In this document: positions 41,560-49,628 of the stretch, in pieces
Position numbering within the stretch: the first letter of the stretch is position 1
Layout: every line of letters starts with the position of its first letter
Source of the DNA: an uncultured Methanosarcinales archaeon
GTDB lineage: Archaea > Nanobdellota > Nanobdellia > Woesearchaeales > GW2011-AR9
Reading direction: 5' to 3'
Assembly (NCBI GenBank): GCA_964460195.1
Contig: CAYWPJ010000006.1
Location: 1 to 53,945, forward strand
DNA length: 53,945 bases
The notes under the pieces: model-generated
What the model saw: the letters and a program-made list of their open reading frames with translations, nothing else
What the model was told of the DNA's origin: nothing
Databases searched by the model: none
Program-made: the position numbers and the translations under genes

Positions 41560-42093
41560 ATGGGGGATGAATTATATAGGGCGATTTTGGAAAGAGTAAA
41601 GTTAGTTCCTAATGTTCATATTAGAAAGGATTATTTTATTCCAACAGAAACAAAACTTGATCTCCCAGACATTGTAGGTAACACAACGTATAATGGGTAT
41701 GATGTTCATTGCAGTACTACTTGTGAGGTTATTGTTGGATTTGACACCAGAACAGAAAGAGTAAAAAAATTTGGTTTTCTTCCGTGGGGAAAACGAGAAG
41801 AACCTCTTGCAAGCTTGGACGATATTAGAGAAGAATTGGCAAGTGTTCCAGAAATTGGAGAACCATTAAGTCATAATGAACGCTTCTTGGTTTATGAGAG
41901 AAAGGTAGGAACAGGAGTTTCATTAAAGTTGTTTGATTTAGTTGTTGTTGGCGTAGGGTCTTTCTTAGGTCAACACTGTGAAGCTATCCAACAATGGGAT
42001 GGACAACGTTTTGGAGCTTACGAATGGTTAAAGATTGATACTCCATTTGCCGCACAGTTGAAGCAGGCTCATGTAGCGAGTTACGGACGATAA
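41560..42093 (+). CDS. Hypothetical protein (AT-rich cassette ORFan)
   Basis: 177-aa ORF, no motif recognised, flanked by nested perfect inverted repeats. Confidence 0.5.
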   Translation: MGDELYRAILERVKLVPNVHIRKDYFIPTETKLDLPDIVGNTTYNGYDVHCSTTCEVIVGFDTRTERVKKFGFLPWGKREEPLASLDDIREELASVPEIGEPLSHNERFLVYERKVGTGVSLKLFDLVVVGVGSFLGQHCEAIQQWDGQRFGAYEWLKIDTPFAAQLKQAHVASYGR

Positions 42094-42103
42094 GAACTTC
42101 CCC
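42093..42103. repeat. Inner inverted-repeat arm, right (AGAACTTCCCC)
   Basis: Overlaps the last base of the stop codon TAA (42091-42093). Confidence 0.8.
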
Positions 42104-42115
42104 TACGTACTTCTT

Positions 42116-42130
42116 AGAACTCAAATTTTA
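42116..42130. repeat. Outer inverted-repeat arm, right (AGAACTCAAATTTTA)
   Basis: Perfect reverse complement of 41454..41468. Confidence 0.85.
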
Positions 42131-42134
42131 TTGG

Positions 42135-42152
42135 ACATAATTTAAATTATGT
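42135..42152. repeat. Perfect 18-bp palindrome ACATAATTTAAATTATGT
   Basis: Self-complementary over all 18 nt. It lies 5 nt outside the outer IR arm. Confidence 0.8.
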
Positions 42153-42316
42153 TGAATCCCGGATATTTTAAGGGTATAAGGCCTGAAAGGAAGGAATTTC
42201 GCATCTCGTAATCAAATAACCCCAAACTACCCATTAGTAGATTTAACGTGAACCATTGCGGGCCTCTGCGGCTCAACCACACCCAATGTTCTGGTGCACC
42301 CGCTTGTAAAGAAGAT

Positions 42317-43528
42317 TCAGCAGCAGAAACTTCTCATCTGCTCGAGATTGTCCTTAAACGTTCCGGCTTTAAACAGTCCGGAAGTTCCGCCGACAAAAAT
42401 CCTCGCTCCCGCCTGGTAGAGATGGGGCAGGGTTCTTGGCCCGACCGAGCCGTCAACCATAATGGAAACCGGCTGTGCGTGCTCCCGGGCGTATTCGCTG
42501 AAAGCCCGGATGCGCTCAATGACGGAAGGAACAAATTCGTTGCCCTTAAACCCCGGTTCGACACCCATGAAGAGAACCAGACTAATCTTTCCCAGGAAAG
42601 GGTATAATTTTTCCACCGGCGTCCCGGGATTAATGGCCAGCCCGGCTTTCATCCCTCTGGCTTTGATATCGTCAAGAACGCCGTCAATGCCCGCTTCACT
42701 TTCCAGATGGACGATGACAATGTCCGCGCCGGCTTCCGCCAGGCGGGAGATGTAAGAGGCAGGGTATTTAACCATCAGATGAACATCAATCGGCAGGTAG
42801 GTGTGGGACCTTAAGGCGGCGATATGATCGATGTTCAGGGAAATATTGCGGCTGAAATCGCCGTCGATAATATCGATGTGGAACATATCGACATCGGCTT
42901 CAGCTAGTTTTCTGATGTCATCAAGCAGATGAAGCTGGTTGGCGCACATCAGCGAAGCGGAGATTTTCACTTCCCGGCCCCGGGTGTCATTCAACATGGC
43001 TGAGGAGAGGATCTCTCCGGAACTTTGGTCCCGGCCTTCGATGATATGCTTTTCGATGATGGAAATCTGGTTTCTCCGCCTCTGATGCCTTTCCCCTTCG
43101 GCTTCAGTGAAAAGCCAGGTTCTGACGATTTCTTTCGCCTGCTGGCTGGAGAGGTGGCCGGCCCCCAAAGCGAGGATGTTGCTGTCGGTATGCCGGCGGC
43201 TTAACTCGGCCACTTCATGATTGTAAGCCAGGGCGGCTCGGATACGGGGGAACTTATTGTCGACGATGGAGACTCCCACCCCGGTTTTACAGACGACAAT
43301 TCCCCTTCGGTACTGTCCTTTGGATACTTTGTCGGCGACGGAAAGGGCATAGATGGGGAAATCAACGCTTTCTTGAGAATAAGTACCCAAGTCCAGGGGC
43401 TGGAAACCGAGCTGGGTGAGATACTGCTTGAGTTCCTCTTTAAGCTCAAAAGCCGGGTGGTCACTGGCGATAGGTATGACTTCGGGCATGACCTCTTTTG
43501 TCATGATGGGGAAGGCCGGACAGAGCAT
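42317..43528 (-). CDS. Fusion protein: ribose-5-phosphate isomerase B (N) + ribulose-phosphate 3-epimerase family (C)
   Basis: RpiB motifs: IPIASDHPAFELKEEL, GIVVCKTGVGVSIVDNKFPRIRAAL, RRHTDSNILALG, EGERHQRR. Rpe motifs: SASLMCAN, FHIDIIDGDF, IDVHLMV, MGVEPGFKG, MVDGSV. Start could be 43528, 43504 or 43489. Confidence 0.85.
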   Translation of the reverse strand: MLCPAFPIMTKEVMPEVIPIASDHPAFELKEELKQYLTQLGFQPLDLGTYSQESVDFPIYALSVADKVSKGQYRRGIVVCKTGVGVSIVDNKFPRIRAALAYNHEVAELSRRHTDSNILALGAGHLSSQQAKEIVRTWLFTEAEGERHQRRRNQISIIEKHIIEGRDQSSGEILSSAMLNDTRGREVKISASLMCANQLHLLDDIRKLAEADVDMFHIDIIDGDFSRNISLNIDHIAALRSHTYLPIDVHLMVKYPASYISRLAEAGADIVIVHLESEAGIDGVLDDIKARGMKAGLAINPGTPVEKLYPFLGKISLVLFMGVEPGFKGNEFVPSVIERIRAFSEYAREHAQPVSIMVDGSVGPRTLPHLYQAGARIFVGGTSGLFKAGTFKDNLEQMRSFCC

Positions 43529-43652
43529 ATTTAAACGTTGTGGAACATTATAAAAGATTTGAAGTTAAATGTTCTCTAACGGAAGTTGAAAAAGGTATAA
43601 GTTAAATATTTGAAGTTGCACCCCGCCGAAAGGGGGAACTTCTAAAAAATAT

Positions 43653-45197
43653 TTAACCTGAAGAATATTTGAACAAAAGTATCTTATTGAATTCCTTCAA
43701 CTCGCCCGGCGGAAAACGGGCTTCCAGCTTCTCTTTAACTCCCTGATAATCCTTGAATTGGGGCGTAACCAGCAGCCAAATATTCTTTGGCGCATCCGGC
43801 GGCATATTTTTTGAGGCATCCAGTGGCAGGAACCGGTCAACTTCTTTATCGACTTCCTCCCCGCTTTTAACCGCAATCAGGTTATACTCCGGTCCGGGAC
43901 CGCCGGCATCATGTCCGGCATAATAATTAAACAGAAAGAGGGTTGAAGGGCTGTCATCAATAATCACCATACTTCCGGCCGGCGCCTTCTCTGCCAGGTA
44001 AGCGATGGCCCCCTTCCAGTCCGGCTTGGTCGATGATTCATAATAGGTATGCAGGGCAAAGCCGTTGACAACAAGAATGATCACCACAACTAAGACTTTT
44101 AATTTCCGGCTCTTCAGCTGCAGGATGCCTTTAGCCATCAAGACATAAAGCACAGGGACGATAAAATAAGAATGCCGCACCAGGGAAAGGGATTCGACGG
44201 TGAATTTAAGGGAGAAAAGGTAGACAATGCCCAAAGCGGCCAGGCCAGCCAGGAATAACATCTCTTTTTTTTCTTTAAACCATGTGAACCACGCTCCGGA
44301 AAAAAAATCGGTTTTTTTCTTCAGGAAGAGGATCAAGGCCAGGAAACCAATCACTAAGGCCAGGGGCAGGATAAAAAAGAAGAGCCCCAGGCTAGCCAGA
44401 GCTTCGGGAACTCCCCGCACCGTCAAGGCATTCAACAGATGATGATGTCTGGTGAAGAACTGCCTCAGCAGGAGGCGGGCTAAAGGAAGGGACAGCAGGA
44501 AAAATACCCAAACGGAACAAGCCCACTCTTTTAAGAAAGGTTTCCGGTTGAGGAAACAGATCAGCAGCCAATGAAGGAAAACCAGGAAAAGAGTCAGGTA
44601 GTTGACATACATAGCCAAAACTAAAGTTAAAATGTAAGCAATTAAAAATTTCCTGTTCCTTTGGCTGTTATTATTGTTATTGTCATAATTATCACTAATT
44701 TTATCATCAATCTTTTTATTCCTCATCGCTTCAACCAGGAAATAAGTTGAAAGCAAAGCCAGGAAGCCAAACAAGCTGTATAATCTTGCTTCCTGTGAAT
44801 AGAGCACCTGAAGCATCGCCGTGGCCATCAGCAGGGAGCTGAGCAAAGCGGTGGGGCGGTCGAAAAAAGGATCCAAGCCTTTGACCAGGAAAAAAAACAC
44901 TAAAATGGAGAGCAGCCCAAAGAAAGCAGAAGTAAACCGGAGGGAAAATTCCGAATCGCCAAACAATTTGATCCAATAATGCAGAAGGAGGTGATGCCCG
45001 TAAGGAGAGCCTTCCAGCTGGGCGACCTTTGCCATCACCTTCGCCGGGCTTTCTTCCCCGGCTTCCATCAGGGAGACAGCTTCGTCCGTCCATAAGCTCT
45101 CGGCGTCCAACTGGTAAAAACGCAGGATCCCCCCCGCCAGGAGGATCAACAGCAGCAGCCATAAGTATATTTTTTTCATGGTGTTTTTCTTCTTCAA
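43653..45197 (-). CDS. GT39/ArnT-like (PMT_2) polyprenyl-phosphate-sugar-dependent glycosyltransferase
   Basis: Polytopic, 514 aa. The N-terminus LLILLAGGILRFYQLDAESLWTDEAVSL is the typical first-loop DE motif. Confidence 0.75.
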   Translation of the reverse strand: MKKKNTMKKIYLWLLLLILLAGGILRFYQLDAESLWTDEAVSLMEAGEESPAKVMAKVAQLEGSPYGHHLLLHYWIKLFGDSEFSLRFTSAFFGLLSILVFFFLVKGLDPFFDRPTALLSSLLMATAMLQVLYSQEARLYSLFGFLALLSTYFLVEAMRNKKIDDKISDNYDNNNNNSQRNRKFLIAYILTLVLAMYVNYLTLFLVFLHWLLICFLNRKPFLKEWACSVWVFFLLSLPLARLLLRQFFTRHHHLLNALTVRGVPEALASLGLFFFILPLALVIGFLALILFLKKKTDFFSGAWFTWFKEKKEMLFLAGLAALGIVYLFSLKFTVESLSLVRHSYFIVPVLYVLMAKGILQLKSRKLKVLVVVIILVVNGFALHTYYESSTKPDWKGAIAYLAEKAPAGSMVIIDDSPSTLFLFNYYAGHDAGGPGPEYNLIAVKSGEEVDKEVDRFLPLDASKNMPPDAPKNIWLLVTPQFKDYQGVKEKLEARFPPGELKEFNKILLFKYSSG

Positions 45198-45226
45198 GAT
45201 GTTTTCTTTAAGGAGTTTCTTCCGGG

Positions 45227-45982
45227 CTACATCACAGAACCGCCGCAGACCGGGATGTTAACTCCGGTAATCCCTTTAGACTTTTCTGAAGCCAGAAAAA
45301 GAATGGTTCTGGCCGTATCTTCCGCCTCCGCCAACCGCCTCAGCGGAGTCTGCATACCTAGGACTTCAAACATCTTTTCCGGGAGGTGCTCGGTGAATCT
45401 GGTCCTGGTCACCCCGGGAGAAACCATATTGACACTGATGCCCAAAGGGCCCAGTTCAGCTGCCAGCGCTTTGGAAAAGCCTTCCAGGGCATGCTTGGCG
45501 ACGAGATAAGGTGAAAGTTTAGGCGGCGGAACACTGAAAACGTAGGAAGTCAGGACATTAATCAGCTTCCCCTCTTTCCGCTCAACCATCTGCGGCAGGG
45601 CCTGTTTTGCCAGATGGTAAGCTCCTTTGACGACGACATCTATAAATTTCTGGTAATCCTCCCAGTTTAGCTCCGGCACGCCGGCCGGCTGGGGCTTCGG
45701 GCAGGCATTATTGACAATGACATCAATCCGGCCGTATTTTTCCATCACGATTTCCACCATTTTTTTTACCTGCTCTTCTTCCGCCACATCCGCCGGCACG
45801 GCCAGGGCGCTGTCCGGACTGCCCGTTTCTCGCTGAATTTCGGAAACCAGCCGGGCGGCGGTAGACTCGTCTGCCCGGTAATTAACAATCACTTTTGCCC
45901 CGTTCATCGCCAGAAGGCGGGCGGTAGCCGCTCCGATGCCGGTATTTCCTCCGGTAATCAGGACAACCTTATCTTTGACCAT
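45227..45982 (-). CDS. Short-chain dehydrogenase/reductase (3-oxoacyl-ACP reductase FabG-like)
   Basis: VVLITGGNTGIGAATA (TGxxxGxG), NNAC and catalytic YLVAK. The ATG is at 45982; the track start at 45997 is TTG. Confidence 0.85.
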   Translation of the reverse strand: MVKDKVVLITGGNTGIGAATARLLAMNGAKVIVNYRADESTAARLVSEIQRETGSPDSALAVPADVAEEEQVKKMVEIVMEKYGRIDVIVNNACPKPQPAGVPELNWEDYQKFIDVVVKGAYHLAKQALPQMVERKEGKLINVLTSYVFSVPPPKLSPYLVAKHALEGFSKALAAELGPLGISVNMVSPGVTRTRFTEHLPEKMFEVLGMQTPLRRLAEAEDTARTILFLASEKSKGITGVNIPVCGGSVM

Positions 45983-46081
45983 TTTTATAATCCTCAATTA
46001 TCTTTAATTTTATTTAATCATTTATTGTATCTTAACTATTTCTACTGTTTTTATTTTTAAAGCATGTTCTTAAAGCATATC

Positions 46082-46519
46082 CTAAAGCACCCTGACCCTG
46101 GCTTCGCCTTCCACCAGCAATTTATCCCCTTCCCAGACAGTTGTTCTCAACTCGAGGAGGCGCAGGGCGTCAACTTTTTTGGTCACTTCCCCGCGGACGA
46201 CGATGGTCTGCCCGATCTTCACCGGCCGCCGGAAATTTAAACTCTGTGAAAGATAAAGACATCTTTTTCCCGGCAGGTGCATCCCAACCAAAGCCGAAAA
46301 GAGCGAACCGACCAGCATCCCGTGAGCGATCTTCCCGCCAAAGGGGGTCGTCCGGGCAAAATCCCCGTCAACGTGCAAAGGATTAAAATCACCGGTCAAA
46401 CGGGCAAAACAATTGATTTCCTCTTCACCAATCAGCTTGCTGAAACTGGCCTGATCGCCGACTTGGATCTTTTCGTAACTTAAGTCTGCCGCCTTTAAGC
46501 CGGCTTGGTCAATCATCAA
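46082..46519 (-). CDS. MaoC-like (R)-specific enoyl hydratase/dehydratase (hot-dog fold)
   Basis: FARLTGDFNPLHVD..IAHGMLVGSLFS is the hydratase 2 motif. Confidence 0.85.
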   Translation of the reverse strand: MMIDQAGLKAADLSYEKIQVGDQASFSKLIGEEEINCFARLTGDFNPLHVDGDFARTTPFGGKIAHGMLVGSLFSALVGMHLPGKRCLYLSQSLNFRRPVKIGQTIVVRGEVTKKVDALRLLELRTTVWEGDKLLVEGEARVRVL

Positions 46520-46749
46520 ATTTTCACCCCGTGCCGGCGCAGGGACTCCTTGATGTCGCGGACCGTTCTTACCAGCATGATCTCTTCCATGGTGAACTTG
46601 ACGTTAAAACTTTTCTCCAGCTCAGTCACCATTATCAGGCCGTTGAAAGAATCCCAGCTGGCAATGTTGTCCGGCGAGCTCTCTTCATTAATGGCTGAGG
46701 GATCAACCTTGAGGACTTCTGACAGTATTCGGTAAAGTTTTTCTTCCAT
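46516..46749 (-). CDS. Acyl/peptidyl carrier protein (phosphopantetheine attachment site)
   Basis: 77 aa. SWDSFNGLIMVTELEKSFNVKF carries the DS attachment serine. It overlaps the MaoC gene by 4 nt. Confidence 0.8.
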   Translation of the reverse strand: MEEKLYRILSEVLKVDPSAINEESSPDNIASWDSFNGLIMVTELEKSFNVKFTMEEIMLVRTVRDIKESLRRHGVKI

Positions 46750-46829
46750 CTTTTATCTTCTGTTCCCTTTTTTTATTCTCCATTTTTATTTTCCTGCCTC
46801 CCGCCGGTCTCTTTAGCCAGCCTTGACTT

Positions 46830-48578
46830 TTAATCCTTAACCTCAAGGTAATCGGGATAAGCCGGATGATCATTTTCCAAATCAAGGGACCACAAAATAG
46901 AGCTTTCTTTCTCTTCGTAAAGGGCAAAGCCGTGAGCTTTATAAAAGTCCCTGGTCTGGATGTTCTTCCCAGTCGGGATATATTCTCCAATCACTTTTTT
47001 TGCTCCCCGCTCCCGGGCTTTCTTCAGGAGGTGAACCAGCAGGACCTCTTCGATTGACCGTCCCAGGATGCGGCAGCTCATCAGGAAAGAGTCAATTAAC
47101 ACGGTCTCTCCCGCCATCCTGAGGATCGCCACGCCGACAATCCCGTTCTCCCCCAGCTTGTCCCAGGACCTGATTGAGCAGACATAATACCGGGAAGAAC
47201 GGCTAAATTCTTCAATCTCGGCTTCAGAATACCGCCGGGCAGTCAAATTGAACTGGTTGGTGCGGTTAGTCAGCTGGGAGATGCGGGGAATGGTGAAACT
47301 GTCTGCTAGCTTGATTTCCACTTTCATCTCCAGGCTTCGGAGGAAATCGGCCGGATTCTTAAATTCCTTCCTCATTTCCTTTCTCTGCCTCTCTTCAGCA
47401 TACATCTTCCCCCTAGCTTTATCTACTTCCGTCAGCTGCAGGGAATTGAATTCCTTCAGATTCATCAGGGTCTCGGCGTAGAGCGAAGGATCACCGGGAA
47501 GGCCAACCACTGTCACTTCCGGCAGGAGCTCTTTGACCAGCAGGCGGTTAAGCTGATCGTCGTCGACGAAGACCAGGCTGTCCGTGCCGATGTTCAGCTC
47601 TTCAGCGATCTCCTTGAGGTTAGCGGCTTTGTCCAGCCAATTAAGGCGCATCGCCGAGAAATGCTCTTCTCTCAGGAGCATGTAAGGATGCCGGCGGAGC
47701 ACTTCCAGGGCGTCATCGGGATTGTTCTTGCTGTTGATGGCCAGGATCACCCCTTTATGGAATAAGGAAAGGATAACTTTCTGGAATTCTAAAAAAGCGT
47801 TGCCCGGAGGGGTCAAGCCAAGTTTGAGATTGTCCAGCCCCTCTTCGCCGACGACTCCGCCCCACAAAGTATTGTCCAAGTCCAGGACGAGACATTTTTT
47901 CGGCTTGCGCCGGATGGCCGCCAGATAAGTAAAGTACTGCTCGGCCAGGGCAGGGTAATAATCGGGATGCAGTTTCATGTCTGCCAGGTAATACAGGCGG
48001 GAATCAAAACTGTTCTTCTTGCCCTGGGCGCTCAGAAAGAGGTCATAATCAAAGATGAGGACATTTTTGTTTCCCCGGAAGGCCTCTTCCAGCTCCCCGT
48101 TCATCCGGCGGACAAAACTCCTCAGCCCCATTTCTTCCTTGTGGTCGATGATTCCTAAGGGGGAATAAAGAGGAACTTCAAAGTTGTGGACGATGATAAA
48201 AGTCCGGGGGTGCCGCTGGGAAAAGTTTGACAGCAATTCCCGGAGATAACAAATTTTCTCGCCAATCAGCTCTTCCTTCTGCGCCCGGCTCTTCCGGAGC
48301 AGCTCCAGGTAGTCCGGAAAATAAGACTTAAAATCAAGGAAATAAAAAAGTATCCCCGGCTGGTATTGGGACAGCCCGCTCTCCGGATGGCTCAGCTCCT
48401 GAACACCAAAATTGTAAGAGGTATAAAGCCGGATTTCCGCCGGCAGGTTTTCCTGGAAGCATAATTTTTCCATCACCTTGGGGAAATTGTTTAAAGTGAA
48501 ACTGGCCAGGATGGCGACTTTAATCTTATCCTGGGAATCCTTATCCTGAGAGTCCTGAGCGCCGGAATTGTTTCCCAT
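46830..48578 (-). CDS. FkbH-like HAD-IIIC domain protein with C-terminal GNAT-like domain
   Basis: CLVLDLDNTLWGGVVGEEGLDNLKLG is the diagnostic HAD-IIIC/FkbH motif. The length of 582 aa and a C-terminal acyltransferase-like fold fit. Confidence 0.85.
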   Translation of the reverse strand: MGNNSGAQDSQDKDSQDKIKVAILASFTLNNFPKVMEKLCFQENLPAEIRLYTSYNFGVQELSHPESGLSQYQPGILFYFLDFKSYFPDYLELLRKSRAQKEELIGEKICYLRELLSNFSQRHPRTFIIVHNFEVPLYSPLGIIDHKEEMGLRSFVRRMNGELEEAFRGNKNVLIFDYDLFLSAQGKKNSFDSRLYYLADMKLHPDYYPALAEQYFTYLAAIRRKPKKCLVLDLDNTLWGGVVGEEGLDNLKLGLTPPGNAFLEFQKVILSLFHKGVILAINSKNNPDDALEVLRRHPYMLLREEHFSAMRLNWLDKAANLKEIAEELNIGTDSLVFVDDDQLNRLLVKELLPEVTVVGLPGDPSLYAETLMNLKEFNSLQLTEVDKARGKMYAEERQRKEMRKEFKNPADFLRSLEMKVEIKLADSFTIPRISQLTNRTNQFNLTARRYSEAEIEEFSRSSRYYVCSIRSWDKLGENGIVGVAILRMAGETVLIDSFLMSCRILGRSIEEVLLVHLLKKARERGAKKVIGEYIPTGKNIQTRDFYKAHGFALYEEKESSILWSLDLENDHPAYPDYLEVKD

Positions 48579-48595
48579 TTTTTAATCTCTTTTCT

Positions 48596-49039
48596 TCAAT
48601 CCTCTGGTACTTGGCTAGCCAAAGCGACGGCCGTCGCATAATCCGAAGTATGGGAAAAGCTGACTTTAATTTGATATTTAGCTAATCCCGGCCGGCGGAT
48701 TCTGGCGGCAGGCGCGGGGCTGCCGGCTTCAGCTTCAATCTCAATCTCTTTCAGGGAAAGGTTAAGGGAAGGAATCGCCTTAATGATTGCTTCCTTAGCC
48801 GCAAAACGGGCGGCAAAAGACTGCGCCGGGCTGGGCTTGGTCAGGCAGGTCCTGATCTCCTCTTCAGTGAAGAGCTTAAAGTAAAATTCTTTGTTTTCCG
48901 AATATGGCCGCTGCTCAAAGCGGGCGACTGATTCAATGTCCGTCCCTATCCCCGGCATTCCCTTAAGTATTTTCTCAGACGCATCTTCGGATACTTCCCC
49001 GAGTACTCCTTTAGGCATTCTTCCTGGTCTCTTAGGCAT
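48596..49039 (-). CDS. 4'-phosphopantetheinyl transferase, AcpS type (holo-ACP synthase)
   Basis: GIGTDIESVARFE, FAAKEAIIKA and SFSHTSDYATAVA. The true start may be the internal Met at 48958 (MPGIGTDIE). Confidence 0.8.
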   Translation of the reverse strand: MPKRPGRMPKGVLGEVSEDASEKILKGMPGIGTDIESVARFEQRPYSENKEFYFKLFTEEEIRTCLTKPSPAQSFAARFAAKEAIIKAIPSLNLSLKEIEIEAEAGSPAPAARIRRPGLAKYQIKVSFSHTSDYATAVALASQVPED

Positions 49040-49628
49040 TCCTTCTCACCTCTTTGACATAAAACAGCCTTTTATTTTCCCCCCGCCCTAAAGAGTGGGT
49101 TTCCTTAAATCCGAAATATCGGTAAAGCTGGTTAGCGGTTAAATTATTTTCCTTAACTTCCAGGGCATACTTTTTCACGCCCAGCTCTCGGTACTTTTGG
49201 TCAACCATCTTCATCAGGTTCAGGGCAATGTAAAGATTCCGGTACTTCGGAGCGACAAAAAAAAGGATGAACTCTTCCTTGATTTCCGCCTTCTGGTTCC
49301 CCGCTGGATAAAGCTGACGCAGGCGGAAAATCCTCTTTAGCAGGCCTATGAGGAAAAGCGGTTTCATCAGCAAACGCCGGTAAAGCTGGTTGATATCCCT
49401 GGTCGAGACGGCCGCGCCGACGACCTGCCCTGCCTCATTCAGCGCCGCAAAGCCAAAACAGTTGCCGCTGCCTATCCCGGCATCATAGAACAGGCGGGCA
49501 TATTTTTCTCCCATGTCATAGAGCAACCCCTCCTGCAGAGAGCGCAAATGCAGGGAAGCAATCTCCCAAACATCATTTCGGTCGAGAGGACGATAACTTA
49601 TTTTACTTTCGACTTTTCCCATCTTCAT
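49032..49628 (-). CDS. GNAT-family N-acetyltransferase
   Basis: The core VVGAAV..., YRNLYIALNLM and ANQLYRYFGFK is weakly GNAT-like. It overlaps both neighbours, so it is internal to the operon. Confidence 0.6.
   Translation of the reverse strand: MKMGKVESKISYRPLDRNDVWEIASLHLRSLQEGLLYDMGEKYARLFYDAGIGSGNCFGFAALNEAGQVVGAAVSTRDINQLYRRLLMKPLFLIGLLKRIFRLRQLYPAGNQKAEIKEEFILFFVAPKYRNLYIALNLMKMVDQKYRELGVKKYALEVKENNLTANQLYRYFGFKETHSLGRGENKRLFYVKEVRRNA

Noticed and set aside
43559-43643. GAAGTT/GGGGGAACTTCT strings in the GT39-RpiB intergenic region, considered as another copy of the cassette 41560 inner repeat (GGGGAAGTTCT)
   Set aside because: The match is 10/11 with a G/C swap. It lies in a hairpin (CCCC-GCCGAAA-GGGG) that is adequately explained as a terminator or promoter region. 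No AT-rich ORF lies between partners.
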